Source: an uncultured Pseudomonadota bacterium
Lineage (GTDB): Bacteria; Pseudomonadota; Alphaproteobacteria; Rhizobiales; Xanthobacteraceae
Length of the DNA stretch: 64,000 nt
Assembly: GCA_963791155.1 (NCBI GenBank)
Contig: CAWBRI010000020.1
Span: 75,518 to 139,517 of the forward strand
Reading direction: 5' to 3'
The translations under genes and the position numbers were made by a program. Under the pieces are notes generated by a model, which was not told where the DNA came from, did not search any database, and saw only the letters and a list, made by a program, of their open reading frames with translations. Shown here one piece after another: positions 34,510 through 42,839 of the stretch; position 1 is the stretch's first letter, and every line of letters begins with the position of its first letter.

Positions 34510-34951
34510 TTTCGATGCCTCCGGTCAGCCAGTTCACCCGAATCTCATAGCCGGCGCCCAGGCGCGACAACACGATAGTGCCGCCACATGACAGTCCGGT
34601 TGCAAAAAACGTGATGGTGGAGAGCGCCGGGCGTTCGTTGCAGCGCGCCGGCAGGACGGCAGCTACGTCGACATCGCTGGGAACCTGAAGCGTTTGCCCC
34701 GTCGACCCGGAACGCAGCAGGCGCGCACGTGCATCCACTTGCGTCGCGATTGCGATGCGCCGTCGGATCGCGGCGTTTCGATCCGACTTCAACAGCGATG
34801 CGGTCTGGACCGCATAGGCTTCGAGGCGCGGGCGCGAGGTGTCGCGCGAGATGTTCGGCAGCAGAACGGCGGCCAGCATCGCGACGATCGCGATCACGCA
34901 AACCATCTCGAGAAGAGTAAACCCTTCTTCCGCTGTCCGGCCGCTAGTCAT
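34487..34951 (-). CDS. gspH: T2SS minor pseudopilin H
   Basis: 154 aa with the prepilin N-terminus EGFTLLEMVCVIAIVAMLAAVLLP. Confidence 0.8.
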   Translation of the reverse strand: MTSGRTAEEGFTLLEMVCVIAIVAMLAAVLLPNISRDTSRPRLEAYAVQTASLLKSDRNAAIRRRIAIATQVDARARLLRSGSTGQTLQVPSDVDVAAVLPARCNERPALSTITFFATGLSCGGTIVLSRLGAGYEIRVNWLTGGIEIAPRTSL

Positions 34952-35438
34952 TGCTTGCCGTCGAGATATCCGCCGCCGTTCCGGTCCCGCCCTCCTGCCC
35001 GTCGGCGCCGTACGACACGATCTCGTAGACGCTGCGCTCCGCCGGCGAGCGGTAGAGATAGGGCTTGCCCCAAGGATCGTTCGGCACGTTGCCGCCCTTG
35101 AGATACGGTCCGTTCCACCCCGGCAGGCCGCTGGTCGGCTTCACCAGCGCGGTCAGCCCTTCGGCGGAGGAGGGATAGCGTCCGGTATCGAGGAACATCA
35201 GGTCGAGCGCGCTCGTAAAGCTCTGGATCTGGATCCGCGCGGCCTTGACCTTCAACTCGGTCAGGTAATTGAGCACGCGCGGCCCGACCAGCGACATGAT
35301 CAGGGCGATGATCGTGATCACCACCAGCATTTCCACCAGGGTAAACCCGCGCTGGCGGTGCGCGCGCGAGCGGCGGCGCCCGACCTCGCGTTGGCGGGTG
35401 TCGGAGCGGGTCACTTGCTGGGCTTGGGAGTGTGCCAT
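34944..35438 (-). CDS. gspG: T2SS major pseudopilin G
   Basis: The prepilin N-terminus is RGFTLVEMLVVITIIALIMSLVGPRV. The GspG core is DTGRYPSSAEGLTALV...DPWGKPYLYRSP...YGADGQEGG. Confidence 0.9.
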   Translation of the reverse strand: MAHSQAQQVTRSDTRQREVGRRRSRAHRQRGFTLVEMLVVITIIALIMSLVGPRVLNYLTELKVKAARIQIQSFTSALDLMFLDTGRYPSSAEGLTALVKPTSGLPGWNGPYLKGGNVPNDPWGKPYLYRSPAERSVYEIVSYGADGQEGGTGTAADISTASND

Positions 35439-35455
35439 GTTGAACCTACCGTTCT

Positions 35456-36670
35456 TCATCCGACGATTTGACTGATGGAGAGGAGCGCCGTCATGACCGA
35501 CACGATGAGGCCGCCGACCACGACGCTGATGGAGATGATCGCCAGGGGGCCGACCACCGCGACCACCCGGTCGAGGCTGCGCTGCAGCTTGGCCTCGTAG
35601 AAATCGGCGACGCGTCCGGCCAATACCGGCAATTGGCCGGTTTCCTCGCCGATGCGCAGCATCCGGACCGCCATGGCGGGCAGCAGGGCGGAGGTCGCGA
35701 GCGCATCGGAAAGCTTGCCGCCGTGACGGACGCGATCGGCGGTCGCCAGCCACGGCGCTTTTTTTCCGGTGACCGACATGATGTCAACCAGGATGCGCAG
35801 CGTTGCGGTAAGCGTGACGTCGCTTGACAACAGTATGCCGAGATTGCGGCAAAACAAAGCGGTGCGATAGAAATTGAACACCGAGGATATGCCCGGTATC
35901 CGCGACACCTGGGCGACGAACGTGGCGCGGACCGCGGGCCGGCGGAGCGCCGCCCAGCCGCCGATGATCAGGGCCGCCGCGAAGAGCAGGAGCGCCAGCC
36001 AGTTTGCGCGCAGGAATTCCGAGAGACCGAGAAACGTGTTGATCATGGAATCGGTTTTTGCGCCGAAGTCGCGCAGCACCGAGGAAAATTGCGGCAGAAC
36101 GAACAAAACGAAGAACATCAGCACGCAGGACGCCGCGAACAGGATGAATCCCGGATATTGCAGCGCGTCCGTGATCTTGCGGCGCAGCGCTTCGGCCCGT
36201 TGCCGTTCGTTGGCCAGCATCTCGAGAATGTGCGGGAGCTTTCCCGACGTCTCGCCGACCTGCACCAGCGCCAGGTAGATCGGCGGGAAATAGGCGGGAT
36301 GCTGGGCGACCGCGTCGGCGAAGCTCTCGCCCGCCAGGATGCCGGCGCGGATCTTGCTCACGATCGGCCGCAATCGCCCGATATCGCTGTCGTCGGCGAG
36401 CAGCTCAAGCCCATTGTCGAGGCGGGCGCCCGCCTTGAGAAGCAGCGCGAGGTCGCGGGTGAAAATCGTGACGTCTTCGGCGCGCGGCCGGTTGAAGAAT
36501 GCGACCGTGACGCGCGAAACGGCGGCCGCGCCTTCCTCGGCGACCGTCTCGATCGGGACCAGGCCGAGATATTCGATGCGGTGGGCGACTTCCGCGGCGG
36601 ACGGAGCGGATATCGATCCGTTCACGAGCTCGCCGCTCTGGGTCATCGCCCGATAACGATAATTCTGCAT
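35456..36670 (-). CDS. gspF: T2SS platform protein F
   Basis: Intact 404-aa ORF with the duplicated GspF/PilC domain architecture. Confidence 0.9.
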   Translation of the reverse strand: MQNYRYRAMTQSGELVNGSISAPSAAEVAHRIEYLGLVPIETVAEEGAAAVSRVTVAFFNRPRAEDVTIFTRDLALLLKAGARLDNGLELLADDSDIGRLRPIVSKIRAGILAGESFADAVAQHPAYFPPIYLALVQVGETSGKLPHILEMLANERQRAEALRRKITDALQYPGFILFAASCVLMFFVLFVLPQFSSVLRDFGAKTDSMINTFLGLSEFLRANWLALLLFAAALIIGGWAALRRPAVRATFVAQVSRIPGISSVFNFYRTALFCRNLGILLSSDVTLTATLRILVDIMSVTGKKAPWLATADRVRHGGKLSDALATSALLPAMAVRMLRIGEETGQLPVLAGRVADFYEAKLQRSLDRVVAVVGPLAIISISVVVGGLIVSVMTALLSISQIVG

Positions 36671-36674
36671 CGTG

Positions 36675-38406
36675 TTACCGTATCGTTGTGACGCGCAGGA
36701 CTTCCGCAGGCGACGTCAGGCCGGCCCGGCATTTCGCCGCGCCGTCGTCGACCATCGTGGTCATCCCGGCGCGCATCGCGACCTTGTCGATCGACATCGA
36801 GTCGGTGTGCGCGCCGATGAGCTGCCGCACCTCTTCGGTGATCTGCAGGACCTCGAACACGCCGAGCCGGCCGCGATAGCCGGTGCCGCCGCAACGCTCG
36901 CATCTGCCGGGCTCGAATATGGGCTCGCCGATCTTCAGGCCCACCGCGCTGTAGCGCGGATCGGCGGCGAAATCGGCCGCGGTGAGATCCCGTTTGGTCT
37001 TGCATCGATCGCACAGCTGACGCACCAGGCGCTGGGCGATCACGGCGCGCAGCGTCGATTTGAGCAAAAAGCCCTCGACCCCGAGGTCGAGCAGGCGCGG
37101 CACCGCGGCCGCCGCGGTTTCGGTGTGCAGCGTGGTCAGCACGAGGTGACCCGTCAGCGCCGCGTGGATCGCGATCTGCGCGGTTTCCGAGTCGCGGATT
37201 TCGCCCACCATGATGACGTCGGGATCCTGCCGAACGAAAGAGCGCAGCGCATTGGCGAATGTCAGGCCGATGGAAGGCTTCGCCTGGGTTTGATTGATGC
37301 CCGGCAGCTCGTATTCGACCGGGTCCTCGATGGTGAGGATCTTGCGCGTCGGCTCGTTGAGAATCGAGAGGACCGTGGCGAGCGTCGTGGTCTTGCCGCT
37401 GCCGGTCGGTCCGGTGACGACGATCATGCCGTGGGGCAGCGCCAGCAGCACCCGGAGCTTGGCTTCGTCGGCCGGCGAAAATCCGAGTTTTTCGATCGCC
37501 AGCAGGCCGCGTTCCTTCGGCAGCAGCCGGATCACGGCCAACTCGCCGTGCTGCGTCGGCATGATGGCGACGCGGACGTCCATGTCCGATCTCGCCACCC
37601 GCACGCGCGCGGCGCCGTCCTGCGGCAGACGGCGCTCCGCGATATTGAGGCCGGCCAGGATCTTGACGCGCGAGATGACGGCCTGCGGCAAGATCCCCGC
37701 CGCCACCGGCACGGCGCGCAGCAGGCCGTCGACGCGCATGCGCACGACCAATCCGGTTCTGAACGGCTCGATATGAATGTCGCTGGCGCGCAGCTCCACC
37801 GCTTTCTCGAGCATGTCGTTCACCGCGCGAACGACCGGCGCGCCGCTGGCGAGGTCGCGCAGGCTCTCGATGTCGTCTTCGTAGGCTGCCCCCGGTCTCG
37901 CCGCCCTCGGGCGAGGAAACCTGTTCGTCGCCGAGACGCTCGTTGAGGGCCGTGGCGATGTCCTCGAACGAGGCTATTTTGATGTTCACGTCGCCGCCGA
38001 GCACGATCGCGGCGGCGCGGACGGCGGCGGAATCGCTCGGATCGGCGACCGCCAGCATGACCAGCCCGTCGGCCGACTGATAGGGAAACACCGTCATTTC
38101 ACGCAGGAAACGCCGGGAGAATTGCTTCACCAGCGCGGGCGCCCCCAATAGCTCCGGCAGGCCGGCCCGGGGGACTTCGAAGAATTGGGCGACCTCGTCC
38201 GCAAAGTCGTTGGCCGAAAGCTCGGACAGCTCCCAGATCTTGCGCAGCGTCCGCTCGTCTTGCTCCAGCTCCGGCGGGTCAAGCGACCTCGCGTCGCCCG
38301 CAAGATGGTTCTTGGTGCGCAGGTAGTCGGTAAATTCGCCAGCAAGATCAATGGACATAGCGCGTTCCCGGGCCGCCAGTATAGCGCCGCGGCGGTTGTT
38401 TGCCAT
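36675..38406 (-). pseudogene. gspE: T2SS ATPase E, 1 frameshift as sequenced
   Basis: The N-part is in the frame of ORF 36643..38406 (MTVFPYQSADGLVMLAVADP). The C-part is ORF 36675..37823, with Walker A (GPTGSGKTT), the Asp and His boxes and the CxxC...CxxC cluster. The frame change is at the C5 run 37889..37893. Confidence 0.9.
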
Positions 38407-38608
38407 GCTTCTTCCGGGCGCTCGGGCGTGCTGCCGCCGACCGGCCCCTCGCGTTCCCGATGCCGGCCCCCGCGGCCCCCGTGTTTTGACTGGGGCGGCT
38501 TATCGGGGCTGTTTATGCAGGAAATATGACGCGGCCGCGAAGCCGGGCGCGCGGCCATGCGCGGCCCCGACCTGCATCGTCCCGCCGCCGACCCGTTCGC
38601 CGCATTTA

Positions 38609-38640
38609 CCCAACGATTAGCTAACGATTACCTAACGATC
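38609..38640. promoter_or_regulatory. three direct AACGAT(T/C) repeats phased 11 bp apart in the divergent gspE / beta-propeller intergenic region
   Basis: The sequence is ccAACGATTAgcTAACGATTAccTAACGATCaaaa, with repeat starts at 38612, 38623 and 38634. Confidence 0.4.
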
Positions 38641-38790
38641 AAAAAGACCCGTGCGCGGCGCGTGCCCGGCGGGGCACCGGCGTGTGTTCCGGGAGGCCGT
38701 AGACCGATCCGGGAAATTATCGGAGACTGGGCGGCCAACCCGGAAACATTCCGGGACCGCAATATTATTGTTCAACACAGGGAGGATGAC

Positions 38791-39836
38791 ATGGTGAGAT
38801 TCTGGCCTGCCGCGCTCGGCTTGGCGTGCTGGCAGCGGCGCCCGCGAGCGCGTGGGACCGCGGCGACGTGGACGTGCTGGCGGTCCTGCCGGATGTGACC
38901 CCGGGCAGTCGCGAGCAGCGTCGAAGGCCTGACCGTCGGCCCCGACGACAATATCTATGTACCCAGCTTCGGCTTCAACGCCACCGGCGCGATCGGCGGG
39001 AACGCCGTGCTGTACGTGATCAAGCCGAACGGCGATCTGGTGCGCAAGGTTACGATCGCCGGTTCGAGCCCCCACATGCTGGGATTGGGCTTCAATCCGG
39101 TCAACGGCATCCTGCTGGTCCTCGACTTCGGCGCCGGAAAGGTCCTGCAGGTGGATCCGGTGACCGGCGCCTCGTCGGTCTTCATGGGTCCTCGCGGGCT
39201 CGGGCCTCAATGCCCTGACGTTCGACAAGCTCGGAAATGTTTACATTTCCGACTCGTTCAACGGCGTGATCTGGAAGACCGGACCGACTGGCGGCGCGAT
39301 CGACGACCTGGAGCAGCCACCCGCTGCTCGGTCCAGGAACCGGCCTGACGCCGCCGTTCGGGGCGAACGGCGTCGAGTTCAACAATGCCGGCACCATGAT
39401 GTATCGTCGCCAATACGGCCACCCATCAGATCATCCAGATCCCGGTCAACCCGGCGGGAGCGCCGGCACCCCGTCGATCTTCATCACCGGCATCAATGCG
39501 CCGGACGGCATCGCGATCGATCGCAACGACAATCTGTGGGTCTGCGCCAATCAGGAAGACGACATCATCGTGCTCGACAAGACCGGCAAGGTGATCGCGA
39601 AGCTGGGTGACTTCGACGGCATCATCCCACGCGGCGTGGTGCGCGGCCTGCTGTTTCCGGCGAGCCCGGCGTTCAGCCGGGACGGCAAGACCCTCTATGT
39701 GTCGAACCTGACCCTGAACCTGCCGTTCGCCGGAGCACAGGCGGCGGTGGATTCGCCGTGGACGCTGCAGGCCAAGCACTACACGGTCTCCAAGATGCGC
39801 GCCGTGATTCCGCCGCTCGGCGACGACGAGCAATAA
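38791..39836 (+). pseudogene. secreted SMP-30/gluconolactonase/LRE-like six-bladed beta-propeller protein, ~6 frameshifts as sequenced
   Basis: The RBS GGAGGA lies at 38781..38786 and the ATG at 38791. The signal peptide is MVRFWPAALGLA...APASA. Colinear fragments in three frames include VEGLTVGPDDNIYVPSFGF, LYVIKPNGDLVRKVTIAG, GLNALTFDKLGNVYISDSFNGVIWK, GANGVEFNNAGTMMY, VANTATHQIIQIPVNP and INAPDGIAIDRNDNLWVCANQEDDIIVLDK. Confidence 0.75.
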
Positions 39837-39850
39837 TCGAAAAGCAATGC

Positions 39851-39880
39851 GGCCGGGGCTTGCGCAGGCATGCCCCGGCC
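39851..39880. terminator. GC-rich hairpin between convergent genes (possible bidirectional terminator)
   Basis: GGCCGGGGC-ttgcgcaggcat-GCCCCGGCC lies 15 nt after the beta-propeller stop and 26 nt after the stop of the minus-strand 39906 gene. The T-tract is weak. Confidence 0.35.
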
Positions 39881-39905
39881 AGCGCGTTTGCGCGAAGACA
39901 TTACG

Positions 39906-40451
39906 TCAGCGGCCGGTTCCCGCCTCGATGAAGGCGGTCCAGTCGCGGGCGCCGCGCGCATTGACCAGCTCTCTGACCACGAGGTGGTCGCCCGGCCGCA
40001 TGGTGCCGACGTCGAGCTCCTTGTTGGGAAACACGACGGTGACGCGATCCTTCGACATAGATGGCGACCTGCTGCTCGGTCCCGACGGCCTTCGCGGCGA
40101 AGGCCTTGATCTGCCCGTAAAAGGGTTGGCGACGCCAGGCGCCGGGATCGCTCGGATCGACATGGACCGCGATCAGATTGCCTTCACAGACGCAGGAACA
40201 TCTTGCACTTGTTGGGGCGCCATTCCGGACCGAGCGCCGCCGAGGTGAGCCACGCGCAGTAGAAATTGCGGCATTCCGCGGGCCGGGTTTCGTAGATGGT
40301 GCAGCCGCCGCGACCCGGGCGCGCAGTGCGTGCACCAAACGCCGACCGGCTTGTTAAGGGTTTCGATCCGCAGCAGCTTGCAGCACAGCGAGCACTCGCC
40401 GCAACTGCGGTCGGGCACGAGGGAAACCGGATTTGGCGCTTCGCTCGACAT
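39906..40451 (-). pseudogene. YkgJ-type CxxCxxCC zinc/iron-chelating domain protein, ~3 frameshifts as sequenced
   Basis: Fragments read MSSEAPNPVSLVPDRSCGECSLCCKLLRIETLNKPVGVWCTHC, then GGCTIYETRPAECRNFYCAWL, then CEGNLIAVHVDPSDPGAWRRQPFYGQIKAF, then DRVTVVFPNKELDVG... Confidence 0.7.
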
Positions 40452-40512
40452 AGGACCCTTGCTCACACCTATCGGATGGAACCAACATCGCGGTTCTGAC
40501 CCGCAGGCGCTC

Positions 40513-40547
40513 AAAAAAAGGAGGCCGGAGCATTACTCCGGCCTCCC
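40513..40547 (-). terminator. rho-independent terminator of the beta-propeller gene 40604..42077
   Basis: On the minus strand the sequence is GGAGGCCGGAG-taatg-CTCCGGCCTCC followed by TTTTTTT, an 11-bp perfect stem. Confidence 0.8.
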
Positions 40548-40603
40548 TCATCAGATCAATCTCGGATCAATGTCCGTTCCGGCGTAGCCGGCCCGGGCAG
40601 CGA

Positions 40604-42077
40604 TCAGTGGCGATCGCCATCGTGGTGATCGTCACCATCGTGGTGATCGTCACCATCGTGGTGGTCGTCATCATCGACGTCATGCTTGTAGACCGCGATG
40701 CAGCCGCCCGTGCCGCCGCAGACCGCTTGGCCCACGGTGGTGGTCGGCGAACTGCCTACGATATTGTTCGCATCGCAGCCGACGTTAGCATTAAGTGCGG
40801 GGCCGGGGGGGCTTACCGTAGCGGGGCGGGCGGGGGCCAGCGTACAAACCTCCGGAAGGAAGATCAGGTTGCGCTTGGAATCCGCCGCGACCGAGTGCGA
40901 GCCCGACGATGACGGGATCGTCTCGATCAGGAAGTTGGTTTCGGCATCGACCACGCCGAGCACGGAGCCCCTGGTGACGGTCGGGGCGATGTTGGCGTTC
41001 ATCTTGCTCGCGCCGAGATAGTAGCGGTTGTCGCCCTTGTTGAACCAGACCTCGTCGGAGCCGGTGATGTTGCCGACGTTCGACGAAGTTCTTGGTCGTG
41101 GCGTTGATGACCTGCGTGATGGTGTTGGTCGGGTTGTTGCCCGGCGTGCAGCCCAGCAGCGACGTTGTCATGCGGTCCGACCGTGGCGCCGTTCGGTCCG
41201 CAGTCGTGGAGCTTGATGACCCCGGTGTTGGTGATCGGATCGAAGGCGCCGTAATCGTGGGTCGCCGGCGTGACGGTGGTCGGATCGATCACCAGCAGTC
41301 CGCCGTCGCACTGGTGGACCGCTGGGGTTGCGCCGGAGTTGCAGCCCGTCGGGTTGTTGGCGATGATCGGGATCGACACGTAGGAAGCGTTTGGTCTTCG
41401 GATCCCAGGCCGGCTGCTCGATCGACAGGCCAGCGCCTGCGGACGATGATCGCCGGTCAGTCGATGACGTGATCCTGGAGATGATCGAGACGCTGCTTGG
41501 CGGCGCATTGTCGCCGTTCGCCTTGAACAGGGTCCCGAACGGCGGATCCTCGGCGTTGTTGGCGGCGAGCAGCAGCTTGCCGTCTGTGGTCAGCGCCATT
41601 TCGTCGAGGCGCGTGGTGCCGCCGGTGCTGATGGTCTGCTGTCGCCGCGGAGTCTCGAGGTCGAACACCTTGAGCGTGCTGTCGCCGTCGCCGGCATAGA
41701 GCCAGCGGCCGTGGGTCGTCGACGCCGTCCGGCCCGGAGTGGTTGTTGTCGATGGCGGTCGGACTGGAAGCCACGATGCCGACAAAGCCGCCGATGGTGC
41801 GCTTGAAGGTGAGGGTCTTGGTATCGATGACGTCGATGCCCTTATTGGCGCGATCCGCCAGATAGTATTCGGCGCGATCGGGATTGACCCAGCTGATGTC
41901 GAACGACTGCAGCGGATTGCCGGGGATCGTGATCGCGGTCAGGCATTTCGTCTGCGTGGTGGTCGGTGCCCCTGGCCCCTGACAGGATGCGGCGAAAGCG
42001 CCGGTGGTTGCCAGTGACATCGCGCCGAACGCGACCGAGCCATAAAGATACGAACGTAACCTGGTGGTGCTTGACAT
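40604..42077 (-). pseudogene. secreted beta-propeller (YncE/lactonase-like repeat) protein with a C-terminal His/Asp-rich repeat tail, at least 5 frameshifts as sequenced
   Basis: The RBS is GGGAGGAAGA and the ATG is at 42077. The signal peptide is MSSTTRLRSYLYGSVAFGAMSLATTGAFAA. Colinear fragments in three frames include AEYYLADRANKGIDVIDTKTLTF, WLYAGDGDSTLKVFDL, TTDGKLLLAANNAEDPPFG, YVSIPIIANNPTGC, GGLLVIDPTT, NRYYLGASK and HSVAADSKRNLIFLP. Confidence 0.7.
40607..40678. repeat. four tandem 18-bp coding repeats (HHDGDD units) at the 3' end of the beta-propeller gene
   Basis: The + strand reads gtggcgatcgccatcgtg / gtgatcgtcaccatcgtg / gtgatcgtcaccatcgtg / gtggtcgtcatcatcgac. This encodes ...DDDDHHDGDDHHDGDDHHDGDRH-stop. 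Confidence 0.85.
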
Positions 42078-42109
42078 AAGTCTTCCTCCCATACGCGTTG
42101 CTTGTGACT

Positions 42110-42121
42110 TGAGTTAACTCA
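42110..42121. promoter_or_regulatory. perfect 12-bp palindrome TGAGTTAACTCA just upstream of the beta-propeller start codon
   Basis: The palindrome was read directly. It lies 33-44 nt upstream of the ATG at 42077. Any operator role is speculative. Confidence 0.3.
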
Positions 42122-42839
42122 GGGATTGTCGCTCCCGCAGCCATCGTTAGCCACCGCGTAACATTTTACAATAGCGGTTCGGAATGTTTTTCTGGGACGA
42201 ACCCCGTATCGGCTGTCACATTCATAGGTTGCATAGCGTCTGTATCGTTTCACTGCTGTCAATATGTTGCCGTCGAAGGCGTGGGGCGAACAGCAATCGA
42301 GTACCGGTGATCATGCCGAGCCACGGGGTCGATCGATGCGGGGTACGATGCATCCGTTACGGCGTGCGTCGCGGCGTCATGGAAAATCACGAATGATGTT
42401 GTGCATCGCCTGCGCCACTCCGTTGCGGGCGCGCTCGCCTACGTAGGGGGCCGCCAACGTCGCGCAAACCCGGTCACCGCGAGCGGGTAGTGTCCCGTGT
42501 GTCGCGAAATAAAACCAGGTCGTCGCCAATGCGGCGAGGGACCTTGTTCGGCCGATGAGTTTGCCGCGCCGACGCAATGTTCCAGGCGCCACAATTCGGC
42601 ATCGGTCGTTATTGCGGCGCGTTTCGGCGCGCTCCACAGCTTGCTTTCATCCGGGCTTCCAACCCGACCGGAAACCGCCTATCATTCGTGCTCAATTCTG
42701 GGTTGGTCTCATGCCCATGGGGGGCTCCAACGGGTTCGCGGGGAAGTGCTCGTTTCAGACGTGATTTGTGATCGGCTCGCGGTGCAATTGCGACAGGCAC
42801 GGGTTGGGGGGCGACGTAGCAGGGGTGGTACCAGGCATC

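Noticed and set aside
42377-42637. 86-aa minus-strand ORF inside the long propeller-gspD intergenic region
   Set aside because: It has no recognisable domain, an Arg-rich N-half and no RBS. It could be a gene remnant, but there is not enough evidence to annotate it.
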